Source: an uncultured virus (IMG/VR IMGVR_UViG_3300034091_000431)
Lineage: Duplodnaviria; Heunggongvirae; Uroviricota; Caudoviricetes
IMG/VR virus record: IMGVR_UViG_3300034091_000431
DNA: 58,768 bases
Reading direction: 5' to 3' (one strand)
Part shown: positions 45,425 to 55,200 of the stretch, piece after piece
Layout: the number at the start of each line of letters is the position of its first letter
Numbering within the stretch: the stretch's first letter is position 1
The notes under the pieces: model-generated
Told to the model about the DNA's origin: nothing
The model's database searches: none
Seen by the model: only the letters and a program-made list of their open reading frames with translations
Translations under genes and position numbers: made by a program

Positions 45425-45618
45425 CAGACGTTGACGACTTGAGCGACAAGCCAGCAGTTGTTTGCAACACCCGAACTCGATCCGGTCGATCCAGTGACAC
45501 CGGTTACCCCGGTCGGACCACCGGCAGGACCCGTGGCGCCCGTGGACCCTGCTCTCCCCGGAGAACTCGGATAGGTCTCACCACCCCCGCGTCGCGGACC
45601 CTTGATGACGAAACCCAT
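45424..45618 (-). CDS. Miniature ETYP-leader collagen-like protein, possibly internally deleted
   Basis: MGFVIKGPRRGGGETYP, a few G-X-T triplets, then NNCWLVAQVVNV*. Confidence 0.65.
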   Translation of the reverse strand: MGFVIKGPRRGGGETYPSSPGRAGSTGATGPAGGPTGVTGVTGSTGSSSGVANNCWLVAQVVNV

Positions 45619-45619
45619 T

Positions 45620-45814
45620 TTACTTGTTCCTTCCGAAGAGTTCCACGAACCGAGCGACTTGCTCCGGACGGAGCTTGATCGTGCCGACCGACCCGCCCTC
45701 GGCGTCGTCGTCGGTCAAGACGGCGCTGCCGTCGTCGAAGACTTCGACGACAGGGCACCGCCGGTACCCGCAGCACGGCAAACGTTCTTCGTGAACCCTC
45801 TTGGGCTGCTCCAT
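45620..45814 (-). CDS. Small hypothetical protein
   Basis: GAGGT RBS; MEQPKRVHEERLPCCGYRRCPVVEV... Confidence 0.55.
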   Translation of the reverse strand: MEQPKRVHEERLPCCGYRRCPVVEVFDDGSAVLTDDDAEGGSVGTIKLRPEQVARFVELFGRNK

Positions 45815-45816
45815 GA

Positions 45817-46899
45817 CTACCTCTTCTTGTGAGCACTCCGATTGTGCTTGCGCCTCTTCGGCGCCTTCCTCGTGATGTAGCGGGTCTTCCCCTTCTTCGT
45901 CCGATAGCGCGTCGTCGTCTTCTTGCCGCTCGTCGCCGCGATGGCGACGATGCCGACGAGAGCCGCGACGCCGATGGCGCCGGCGACGATCATCCCGGTC
46001 GAGATGCCGTGCTTCTTCTCGTGCGGCGTGGGCATCGGAGCCGGCATGGGCATCGGAGCCGGCATGTGCATCGGAGCCGGCATGGGCATCGGAGCCGGCA
46101 TGGGCATCGGAGCCGGCATGGGCATCGGAGCCGGCATGGGCATCGGTACCGGCATCGGGACCACCGTCACCGGAGTCGGTGTCGGCGAAGGCGCAGAAAT
46201 CGAACCGCAGTTGCTCTGCCCGACCGGAGCCCACCAAGACGGGCGAGGGCTGCACGGAGACGGCGCGCTGAGCCCTCGCGCCTTGGCAGCACCGTAAGAG
46301 CCGGTACCCCACTTGCCGTCAGGGTTGAGACCGAGCACGGACTGCGCGGAGCAGACCATGCCGACGTAGAGCTGGTTGCACGGGTCGACCTGGGAGAGCG
46401 CGTTCATCGTGTCGGACACGACGTCACCCACACCCGCGGCACCAGCAATGGTTCCGCCGGTCTGGCCGTACGTGTTCCACCAGTTCTGGTAGTCCGAGTA
46501 GGACGACCCAGGATGAACCTGCTGCCAGCGCTGCCAGCTCTGGTCATGCCGCGGATGACTCTCGCGGTGTCGAAGAGACTTGGCGATCTCCATCGGCGTC
46601 CCCCAAGGCAAGAGAGCCGCCTTGAAGAAGTTGAACCCCACGCCGATGGCGTCCGCGCCACTCAGGCCGACCGTCGGGACGTTGAGCTTCTCGCCGATAT
46701 GGAGCTCCCGGAAGGTCCGGACGCCCGCCGTGATCGTCGTGGGCTTCTGCGGGTTCGCCGCGAGCAGATCCGACAACGAGATGCCGAACTTCTTCGCGAC
46801 GCTCGCCGGGCTGTCGCCGTACGCGATCGTGTAATCGCGGGTGTTGACGAGGTCGAGGAGCGGATCCTGATCAACCCCGACCTTGGATGCTCCGTTCAT
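45817..46899 (-). CDS. LysM + peptidoglycan-binding-like tail-anchored membrane protein
   Basis: YTIAYGDSPASVAKKFGISLSDLLAANP; Q..LGLNPDGKWG..S; TM followed by K/R tail. Confidence 0.85.
   Translation of the reverse strand: MNGASKVGVDQDPLLDLVNTRDYTIAYGDSPASVAKKFGISLSDLLAANPQKPTTITAGVRTFRELHIGEKLNVPTVGLSGADAIGVGFNFFKAALLPWGTPMEIAKSLRHRESHPRHDQSWQRWQQVHPGSSYSDYQNWWNTYGQTGGTIAGAAGVGDVVSDTMNALSQVDPCNQLYVGMVCSAQSVLGLNPDGKWGTGSYGAAKARGLSAPSPCSPRPSWWAPVGQSNCGSISAPSPTPTPVTVVPMPVPMPMPAPMPMPAPMPMPAPMPMPAPMHMPAPMPMPAPMPTPHEKKHGISTGMIVAGAIGVAALVGIVAIAATSGKKTTTRYRTKKGKTRYITRKAPKRRKHNRSAHKKR
46031..46156. repeat. 18-bp coding tandem repeat (PMPAPM), six copies plus a degenerate seventh
   Basis: GGCATCGGAGCCGGCATG units counted directly. 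Confidence 0.9.
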
Positions 46900-48200
46900 C
46901 GACGACTCCTACGCTTTCCGCGACCCTTCTTCTTGTGCGTCGCGAGGTAGACGCCGGTTCCGACGGCCACCACCGGCACCGCCGCGACGCCGATCTTGGC
47001 GGGCGTGCTGAGGTGATGCCACCAGCCGGCCCACGTATGGCGCGCGGCCATCGCTGCCTTTCCTGAGGCATCGGCTGCCGCTCCTGCGGCCTGAGCCTGA
47101 GCGACAGGATCGGGCACTACCGGCGGCGCTGCCGCGGGCGGAGCCGCAGGGTCTTGACCGAGCCCGAGCCCGGCAATGGGTGCACCGTTCAAACGAATTC
47201 CGCTCATGGCTCCTGATCCTTCCCTCAACCTTTTCAACTCTGCGAGTGCTTTCTTCGCGTCTACGAGCACCTGATTCGGAGTAGGCGCGCAAGCGCCGTA
47301 GCCCGCTGGTGGCCACCACGCGGGGCGTGGCTGACATGGTGGCGGCGCCTGCGGATTGAAGCCGAGGGCCGCGATGTACGTATCCTCGCCCCACTTGCCG
47401 TCCGGGCGAAAGCCCATGGCCGCCTGCGCTGCGCAGACCCGCCGGACGTTCTCTCGAGCGCACGGGTCGAAGCCGGAAACGGCGCGCACCGTGTCGGTTG
47501 CGTAGTCGCCGACGCCCGCGCCGTTGACAGTCCCCTTCGGGGCGTTCAGCCAAGGCCACTTCCCATCCGACTCGATCTTGGCCATGAGCGCGTCGGCTTG
47601 CGCGTCCGTTGATCCCTGGTTCTTGAACCAGATTCGCGTACCGCGCTTCACCGCCGCCTTGAGCCACTCGGGGTACCAGGCGGCCCCATACGACCCGTAC
47701 TCTTCGCCAAAAGCGGCTGCATGAATATCAGCCGCGAGTGCGTTACGCAGGTTCCCAGCACCGAGCCCACGGACCTTTCGATAAACTTCGATGCTGATCT
47801 TCGTCGGGTCGCTCATGACCCCGTCTTCGGCGACCGTTGGCCAAGGGGGCGGCAGATCGACGTCAGCCTGCGCGTACTCACCGATCTTGTTGAGCGCCCG
47901 TTGGATCCACTGCACATCGGCTGTACCGTCGCCGACACCAGTCACGTACCCCAACCTCACTCCTGCCTTCGGCAGATTCAGCCCCTCATTGATGCTGAGG
48001 TCCGTCCAGGTCCGCACTCCCTTGACGACCGTCGTGGCCTTCTGAGGGTTCGCGTTGAGGAGCTGATCCAGCGAGACGCCGAACTTCTTCGCGATGCTCG
48101 CGGGGCTGTCTCCGCGCACGACGGTGTAATCGCGACCAGCGTTCGCGTTCAACACGTCCTCGAGAGCGTCCTGGCCGACGCCGATAGGAGCCGCACTCAT
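46896..48200 (-). CDS. LysM + two PG-binding-like domains, tail-anchored membrane protein
   Basis: YTVVRGDSPASIAKKFGVSLDQLLNANP; VQWIQRALN..EDGVM; AQAAMGFRPDGKWG; TM then HKKKGRGKRRSRR. Confidence 0.85.
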   Translation of the reverse strand: MSAAPIGVGQDALEDVLNANAGRDYTVVRGDSPASIAKKFGVSLDQLLNANPQKATTVVKGVRTWTDLSINEGLNLPKAGVRLGYVTGVGDGTADVQWIQRALNKIGEYAQADVDLPPPWPTVAEDGVMSDPTKISIEVYRKVRGLGAGNLRNALAADIHAAAFGEEYGSYGAAWYPEWLKAAVKRGTRIWFKNQGSTDAQADALMAKIESDGKWPWLNAPKGTVNGAGVGDYATDTVRAVSGFDPCARENVRRVCAAQAAMGFRPDGKWGEDTYIAALGFNPQAPPPCQPRPAWWPPAGYGACAPTPNQVLVDAKKALAELKRLREGSGAMSGIRLNGAPIAGLGLGQDPAAPPAAAPPVVPDPVAQAQAAGAAADASGKAAMAARHTWAGWWHHLSTPAKIGVAAVPVVAVGTGVYLATHKKKGRGKRRSRR

Positions 48201-48982
48201 CGCCGACGCCTCCTCTTCTTCTTGCCACCGCCGCGCGTAGCGAGGTAGACGCCGGTCCCAAGCACTCCCGCGATGCCGACGCCGATGCCGACCTTTGCGG
48301 CCGTGCTGAGGCCGTGATCCTTGCGCACCACCGGCTTCCCCTCCGGAGTGAGCGGCGCCGCAGCCGCTGGCGTCGGGCTCACTGCCACCGCTGCTGCTCC
48401 CGCAGACTGCGCGGCAGCCTGCACCGGAGCCGTCGCCGGCGTCGCAGGGAACGGCGTCGGGAAGTCCTCCGGATGAATCTGCGTAGCGAGCGCCAGGAGC
48501 GCCGTCAGCGTAGCCGGGTCGATGACTCCGTCGGTGCGGAGCGCCCCACCGGGCGAGAGCGGCACCTGGAGGCTGTTCGCCCACGACTGGAAGCAGGCGA
48601 CCGCCGCCGGGAGGTTCACCGTCGGGCTCGCCCACGTCGCGCAGGGCTTGCTCGCCGCCAGGATCTTCGAGTTCAGCGTGCCCAGCGTCGTCTGCACCCA
48701 GGACTGCTGCGCGGGCGTCAGCGTCGAGAAGACATCGGGCACCTGACCGACGCCGAACCCGGGCACGCACCTACCGTTGTAGCGAACTCCGCTGAGCATC
48801 CCCGACGGGTAGTTCGTGATCCACGAGGGCAAGATACCGCTGCACGGACCGCCCGGACGCTTTGCAGTGATCTCCGCCGCGTTCCGGCACGCCGAACGAC
48901 GCTCGCCTTCGCCGTAGCCGCCGTCCCACGGGTAGTCGTCCCGGAAACGCGGATGGCCGTACACCTGCGCGGGAGTTCTCAT
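48197..48982 (-). CDS. Tail-anchored membrane protein with PG-binding-like segment
   Basis: FQSWAN...LRTDGVIDPATL; GLSTAAKVGIGVGIAGVLGTGVYLAT-RGGGKKKRRRRR. Confidence 0.8.
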   Translation of the reverse strand: MRTPAQVYGHPRFRDDYPWDGGYGEGERRSACRNAAEITAKRPGGPCSGILPSWITNYPSGMLSGVRYNGRCVPGFGVGQVPDVFSTLTPAQQSWVQTTLGTLNSKILAASKPCATWASPTVNLPAAVACFQSWANSLQVPLSPGGALRTDGVIDPATLTALLALATQIHPEDFPTPFPATPATAPVQAAAQSAGAAAVAVSPTPAAAAPLTPEGKPVVRKDHGLSTAAKVGIGVGIAGVLGTGVYLATRGGGKKKRRRRR

Positions 48983-50013
48983 GCTGCCACCCTCTTCGGC
49001 ACTGCTGTCGGCGCGGGCACCTGCGTGGGTGCGGGAACAGACGCGGGCAGAGGTACGCCGACTTCGGACGTCACCGGTTCGACCGGCTCCGGCTTCGGCT
49101 CCGAGCCTCCGGCGAAGGAGCCCTCCGGCGACCACCCGGAGAAGTTCCTGTCGCGCGTCGTGCCGTACTCGACGTTCTGGCTGAAGGCGAGCGCTCCGTA
49201 GATGACGCCGTACTGCGCGACCGTGCTGAAGGCCGCGAGGAACTGATCCTCGGGGCTGAGCGCAGTGAACTGATACGTCGAGAGACCCGACACGGGGGGG
49301 TTGGTCGCGGGGTTATTCTGCCGCACGCTCACGAAGAGCCCGACATCGCAGCCGGCCGGAACGATGATGTCGAGCTGCCTCTCGCTCTGGTCGAAGCGCG
49401 TCCGGTACCGGAGGTCGTGCATGTTGCCGAGGCTCGCGGCGATGGGCGTTCCCCACGGACGTCCGCCGTTCGGCGGCGTGTACGCGACCGGCGTGAGCAG
49501 CGGCCCCGTGAACGTCTGGTAGAGGAGCGCGGGTGAGAGCGCGTCCTGGTAGATGACCCCGTCGGCGTTGGCGGGATTGCGAAAGTCCCGCTGCACCTTG
49601 TTCATCACCATCACGTGCCAGGAGATGTCCCCGTCCGGCGGGTGCCAGAGAGGCGACTCGATCTCGCGGCGGTAAACGGTTACCTGCCCCGTCGACCCGA
49701 TCGGGACCCGCGCGATGAGCTCCGCGTACATGCGCATCCCGACGAGCCGCACTCCCGCCTCGGAAGCGTTGAAGCTCGCGCGAGCGAGGAGCATGAGGTA
49801 CCGCGCACCCCCGATCATCGAGCTCGGAGTCGTCGGCACGACGAGACCCGTGCCGACGTTTGTCTCGTAGGGATCGCTACCGATGAAAGAGAGCTCGGGG
49901 TTGGGGCCGGCGGTGACGATCTCGAAACGGCCGCCGCGAAAGGGCGTACGTAGCTCCTGCGCCACGCCGTCGCGAGTGCGCTGAAGAGAGAGGAGCTGGC
50001 TCTCTTTGATCAC
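48979..50013 (-). CDS. Beta-rich putative minor capsid/vertex protein
   Basis: 344 aa in the structural operon two genes below the capsid candidate; alternating-strand pattern. Confidence 0.55.
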   Translation of the reverse strand: MIKESQLLSLQRTRDGVAQELRTPFRGGRFEIVTAGPNPELSFIGSDPYETNVGTGLVVPTTPSSMIGGARYLMLLARASFNASEAGVRLVGMRMYAELIARVPIGSTGQVTVYRREIESPLWHPPDGDISWHVMVMNKVQRDFRNPANADGVIYQDALSPALLYQTFTGPLLTPVAYTPPNGGRPWGTPIAASLGNMHDLRYRTRFDQSERQLDIIVPAGCDVGLFVSVRQNNPATNPPVSGLSTYQFTALSPEDQFLAAFSTVAQYGVIYGALAFSQNVEYGTTRDRNFSGWSPEGSFAGGSEPKPEPVEPVTSEVGVPLPASVPAPTQVPAPTAVPKRVAA

Positions 50014-50171
50014 GGGGAGACCTCTACTCGGGGTTCGAGGAGGTTGAAGAGGAGGCGGGGGTGCTGGGCGGCGAGGAGAGCTTCCCTCACTTCTCTCGCG
50101 CGGCGATGGCCTTCCCGAACTTTGCGTCCGAGTACGGAGAGCAGCTCGATTCGATTACGTAGTGCGTCCAT
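50010..50171 (-). CDS. 53-aa helical protein
   Basis: Hand-translated MDALRNRIELLSVLGRKVREGHRRAREVREALL...; stop overlaps the next GTG (GTGA). Confidence 0.55.
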   Translation of the reverse strand: MDALRNRIELLSVLGRKVREGHRRAREVREALLAAQHPRLLFNLLEPRVEVSP

Positions 50172-50176
50172 TCGAA

Positions 50177-50785
50177 TTACTGTCGCAGAAGGACCTTCGG
50201 ATCGGGTACGGTAAATCCGAGCTTGCGAAGACGATCGCGAGCGTCGTCATCGCTCAGGCCGTCCAAGCTCGAATCGACACACTGCCACCCTGTCCAGGTT
50301 GTGGTGATATTGTAAGGCACACTGATTGGAGTCTGAGTCAGTATTGCCGACAACTTTATATTTCCCTGTTTCGGGATCTCGAATCCATTTGGCCACGTAC
50401 TGGCAAGTGCGTCAAACAAATTGCCTAGATCCGTATTGGTCAAATTCCAGGAAAATCTGGGCGCACCGTATACGTCAATCTGAACGCCTACGCCCGTAGC
50501 CCCACTCTGCTTCATCTGGTTGAAGTAGAGGCTCCGGAAAGGGCTTCCGGGGAATGTATTCGGCTGATCGAGGTTGTAGGTCACCCGCTCGATGAGCGTG
50601 TCGAGCGACACATTGTTCTGGAAACTCTGCACGACCGGCGGAGCGTTCACAGTCGAGGAAGAGAACTGGATCGGGATATCGATCGTGTACGGTGCGCGCC
50701 GCACGCCGATGACCATCCCATACGCCAGGCGAGGGGCCGTGAGTATAAGGTCGGCAATCCGGGCGTCTCGTGAGTCGGGCAGCAT
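50177..50785 (-). CDS. Putative single jelly-roll minor capsid/penton protein
   Basis: 202 aa, beta-strand pattern (YTIDIPIQF, LIERVTY, VGVQIDVY, IKLSAIL, NITTTWTGW); immediately after the capsid candidate. Confidence 0.55.
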   Translation of the reverse strand: MLPDSRDARIADLILTAPRLAYGMVIGVRRAPYTIDIPIQFSSSTVNAPPVVQSFQNNVSLDTLIERVTYNLDQPNTFPGSPFRSLYFNQMKQSGATGVGVQIDVYGAPRFSWNLTNTDLGNLFDALASTWPNGFEIPKQGNIKLSAILTQTPISVPYNITTTWTGWQCVDSSLDGLSDDDARDRLRKLGFTVPDPKVLLRQ

Positions 50786-50805
50786 CTCTTTCTCTTCTCC
50801 TCTGG

Positions 50806-50846
50806 AAAACGAAAACGGGCGGCGAGACTTCCGTCACCGCCGCCCG
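50806..50846 (-). terminator. Intrinsic terminator after the capsid candidate
   Basis: CGGGCGGCG...CGCCGCCCG stem followed by TTTTCGTTTT on the minus strand. Confidence 0.8.
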
Positions 50847-50885
50847 AATACGCAACCGTTCGCGTTCGACGGCTGACTTCTTCGA

Positions 50886-52181
50886 TCAGGCCCCGACCGA
50901 CGGCGCCATGCCGGCGATGGCGTTGGTCTGGCAGTACGACTTCCAGCCGCCCGGCATCTCCCAGCCCTTCAGCTTGATGGCGAGCTTGAGGATGCCGCCC
51001 TTGAAGACCTGGTTGCCGACGAAGACCGACTGCGGAGCGTAGACCGGCGTCGTGTCGAGCGTCTGCTCCAGCATCGTGCTGGTGTTGAGCGTGAGCGAGC
51101 CGCCCGCCGGACCCGCGGTCACGTTCACGTCCGGAAGAACGTTCGTGCCGAACGGTTCGTTGTTGATGGTCAAGGCCTCCAACATCGAAGCCTGGTGGAC
51201 GGCGTCCTGCACCACGAACTGCATCCCGATGGGGATGCCGCGCTCGAGGAAGCAGGGGCTCTCGACGGGCCGGTACATCTGCCCGCGGCAACCGTACCCC
51301 TGCCACCGGAGACCGCCCCAGGTGACCGGCGCGAGGTCGAAGTCGCGTGTCGGGTGGAAGATGCCGATGTTGAGGCCGCCGGGGCCTGCGGTCGTGACGC
51401 TCCCGACTCGCCGGAAGTTGACCGGCAAGAAGATCGTCGCGCTGTCCTTGCTCCGGTAGGTCGCGTTGACCGTCGCGACGTACTCGATGATGGCAACCTC
51501 GCTCGTGCCGGCCGCCTCGGCGTCCGCGAAGGACCCGAAGTACGAGATGTCCGCCGCAAGCTCGTTCAGCACCAGCTCACGCTGCGAGGTCCTCCACTGG
51601 AACTGGTAGGCGTTGATGAAGTTCCAGCCCGCCCGCCACACGTCCGCACCCCACTCGAGGGAGGCGGGGAAATACGTCTCCGCGTCGACGCCGGGGGGCG
51701 ACGTCGTGGTGAGGGCGCCGTTCTCGATGTCGTTGACCGTCCAGACGTCCGGCGACGGAGGAGGCGCGATCGGCGTCGGAGGGGCGACCCACGCGTTGCC
51801 GATCGTGGAGAAGGACATCGGCTCGCAGAAGATGTGGACGCCCACGCCCTGCGTGAGGATGTCCGTCTGGAGGATGCCGTTGATGAGGAACGTGCTGTCG
51901 ATGCTGGCGACGCCAGGCACCGAAGACGAACCCGACAAGAGGTTGACCGTGTCGCCGAACGTGGCGGTCGCCTCTTCCACCGCGAGGGGGAGAGGAATCG
52001 TCCACACGACCTCCTCGATCACGGGGATGTTGCCGAAAGAGCACCGCAGGCACTTCTGCGCTGCGTCCGGCGAAGGCGCCTGTCCGAGACCGAACGGAAT
52101 TCGCTTCACGCGATCCTGCGAGTCTCCGTACACGTGCCTGCCCTTCGTTGCGATGCTCCGATTGCTTCCTCGAGTTGCCAT
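50886..52181 (-). CDS. Major capsid protein candidate (jelly-roll type inferred)
   Basis: 431 aa, beta-rich, strongly biased GC3 codons, GGAG RBS, followed by a terminator, preceded by the basic core-like protein. Confidence 0.55.
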   Translation of the reverse strand: MATRGSNRSIATKGRHVYGDSQDRVKRIPFGLGQAPSPDAAQKCLRCSFGNIPVIEEVVWTIPLPLAVEEATATFGDTVNLLSGSSSVPGVASIDSTFLINGILQTDILTQGVGVHIFCEPMSFSTIGNAWVAPPTPIAPPPSPDVWTVNDIENGALTTTSPPGVDAETYFPASLEWGADVWRAGWNFINAYQFQWRTSQRELVLNELAADISYFGSFADAEAAGTSEVAIIEYVATVNATYRSKDSATIFLPVNFRRVGSVTTAGPGGLNIGIFHPTRDFDLAPVTWGGLRWQGYGCRGQMYRPVESPCFLERGIPIGMQFVVQDAVHQASMLEALTINNEPFGTNVLPDVNVTAGPAGGSLTLNTSTMLEQTLDTTPVYAPQSVFVGNQVFKGGILKLAIKLKGWEMPGGWKSYCQTNAIAGMAPSVGA

Positions 52182-52242
52182 TTTCTTTTCTCCAGTTGGG
52201 GCCGTTTATTAGGTCTGCCGCCCCGTTTGCCGTTGCTCTTGC

Positions 52243-55200
52243 TCAGCCGACGATCAGTCGGTCCGATGTGTCTTCCTTCTCGGGCTCACCAGCGAGACCG
52301 AGGAACATGTCGTTGGCTCCGCATCCGCAGTCCTCGCCGACCGGCTTACCGTTCGGCCCAGGAGTGGGCAGATCCGGCGGTCCGGGGGTGGGGAGCGGAG
52401 GCGGTTGATCCAGGCCGGCACCCGAGACTGTCGGGGGCGCGGGCCGCGCGTTCACGAAGTACGGATGCAGCTTCTGCGCGCGGTACTGGAGCAGGTACTC
52501 CGGCACGTTCGGAAGAACCTGCTGGAGGATCGCGATCATGTTGTACGGCGCGGCTTCGAGCTGAGTGATCAGCGCCTGAAGCTGCGTGGAGGGAACCTCC
52601 GGCAGGATCTGCTGGACGATGGAGAAGAGACCCCCACCGGCAGCTTGCTGACCGTACTGCTGGCCGTACTGCTGCTGGATGTACGGGTGCAGGCGCCGTG
52701 CGTACTCCCAGTGCTGCTGCTGCGTCGCACCCGGCATCCACCGCTGCGTGACGCCGGGAAGGTTCCACGGCTGGGCGTATGCGTGCGCGGCGAACTGCTG
52801 CGACTGGAGGGGGCTATACGGACGTCCGAACGAGGAGATTCCTCGCTGGATGTACCCGAGACCCGTGTCACCGAGACCGGCCACGTGACCCGGAATCTCG
52901 ACCTTCACCTCGGCGCCCGCGGGAGGAGGTACTCCCGGAGCCACCGCCTCGGCGACGTGCGCCACGTGCTTGTGCAGGTGTCGCGCGTGCTCCTTCAGCA
53001 CATGCTCGAGCTCACCCGGGAGGGCTCGCTTGAGCGCGCCGACGATGTTGTGGGGCTCCGTGAGGATGTGCCCCGCGATCTGCATGTGGTGGTGATGTCC
53101 CAGGTGCGGGAAGCGTCGGCGGACCTCCTCGGTGAGGCCACCGAACATCTCGGCAGGCGGAGGCGCTCCGGGCATTCCCGGATCGGGAGGCGGAGGCGCG
53201 CCCTCGTCACCACCGCGCATCCGGCGGTGATGGTGATGCACGTGCTGGTGCAGGCGCCGCCCAAACTCCTGCCGGTGCTCTTCCGGCATGTCCGGGAAAA
53301 CCTGCTGGATGGCGCCCGGGATGTCGTTCGGCTGAGTGAGCGCCGTGACGGCGATCTGTTCGGCTTGCGCGGGAGGAACTCCCGGCATGGCCGCCTGCAC
53401 CGCCGGTGCAAGCCCCTGGACCGCGGTCGTCGTGCGAACGAGCACGTCCTGGACGCTGGGACGGAATCCCGCGCTCGTGTCGCCGCCCGACGCCTGCCGC
53501 CAGAGCTCCTGCACGGTCGGGTAGTACCCGATGCCGGTCTCGAGGCGATTGGACTCGTGACCACCCTGGACTCCCGCCGCTTGGGCCTGAGCGCGAAGCG
53601 CCTCGACCGCGCTCGGATAGTAGGACGGTCCCTGGAGAGCGAACGGTCCCACATCGGGCTGTCCGACACCGGCCTGGGGCGCCGGCGCATCCGCCGGTGC
53701 ACCGGAGAGACCGGTCGCGTGACCGCCCGTGAGAGCCGGCGTCTGCGCGTTGATGTGCGCCGCGATCTCCGTCGGGTAGAGACGTGCAATGAAGCTCGTC
53801 TTGAGCCCCGCATCGCTCGTGTCCTTCGGAGCGAGGAGCGGGACGACGACGTTGCTCCAGAGCATCTGAAGCAGCTGCACGCTTGCGCCGACGGCTGCAC
53901 CCTCGAGCGAGCTCCGGAGGAGCGGGTGCTTGACGAAGACGCTCGCTCCCGCAGGCGCCGCCGCCATGGCGATGCCCGCACCGATGCGGAGCCAGCTCGG
54001 ATGCGCTCCGATGTTCAGGGCGTTGGCGAGGGTACCCGCGCCGTCGCTCGTGAACTTGTGCTTCGGGAGCTTCGCCGGATCCCCATTCGGGTTGTAGGTC
54101 GCGAGGAAGCGATCGAGCCCGTTGGCGAGGATGTACGCGAGCGAGCCGGTACCGATGGCGAGCGAGAGCTCGGCCAGGTAATGGCTGCGACCCGCACCGC
54201 CTCGACGCGCCTCGAACATGCTCCGGTGCCGGCGGCGACCGTGCTTGCGCCGACGACGCGACTCGGACACCACTCCGGTCGCTTCGCGCGCCCGATGACG
54301 ACGCCGACGGGGGCGGCGACGCGACTCTTCACGCGCCTCGTATCCGAAAGTCGTCCCCTTGCGGCGGCGCTTGCGCACCGGCCCGATGAATTTGCCTCGC
54401 GCGCTCCGGCGCCTCTTGGCCCAACCCTTCTTCGCTGCTGCTCGACGCGCTGCCTTGGTCCCCTTCCGGACGTGCGAACGCTTGCCGCGCTTGCGCTTCG
54501 CCTCCATCACCTGGCCGGAGACCCGACGATGCTTGCGGTGCCGACGCCGACGCGACTCGGTCGCGACGGGAGCCTCGCGCGACCGATGACGGCGGCGCTT
54601 GCGGCGCCTCGCCTCGGTGGCCACGGGGGCAGTCTCGCGAGCCTTGTGACGCCGGCGCTTACGGCGCCTCGCCTCGGTGGCCACGGGCGCTGCCGCTTCG
54701 CGCGTCTTGCGGTGCCGGCGGCGCTTGCGGCGCTTGGCCTCGGTCGCTACGGGCGCGGCTTCCCGCGTCCTACGGTGCCGGCGACGGCGCTTCGCCTCGG
54801 TCGCGACGGGGGCTGCCACTTCGCGCGCCCGACGACGGGAACGATGAGCTGCCTTCTTCGCGGTGGAACGATGGCGTCTACGCTTTGCACCCATGTTCTT
54901 CTCTTCCTCTCGCGCGACTACTGCGCGAATGCCGTGGCCGAATGTGATCGTCCGCTTGACCTTGAGACCCTTCGGGTCGAACTGCCGAATCCGGACGTAC
55001 TGGTCGGTGACGTGAACCTTGCCGTGCCGGTATCCGTGACCCTTCGCCCACGCCTTCGCTTTCGCTTCCGTCCAACCGGCACTCCGATCGAAGAGCAAGG
55101 ACTGGACGTCCATCGACGGCGGCTTCGAAGATTCACGTGCTGGGGGCTGCACGACGCCGCGCACGACCGGTCTCGCCGGCGCAAACGGTCCCCGACTGGC

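Noticed and set aside
46031..46156. Regular repeats as a possible CRISPR array (also 54540-54830 and the collagen regions)
   Set aside because: Head-to-tail coding repeats in multiples of three with no unique spacers and no cas genes
45620..46312. 230-aa ORF with DAHAGS repeats
   Set aside because: Alternative frame of the PMPAPM repeat inside the LysM gene; only the last 64 codons (from 45814) have their own RBS
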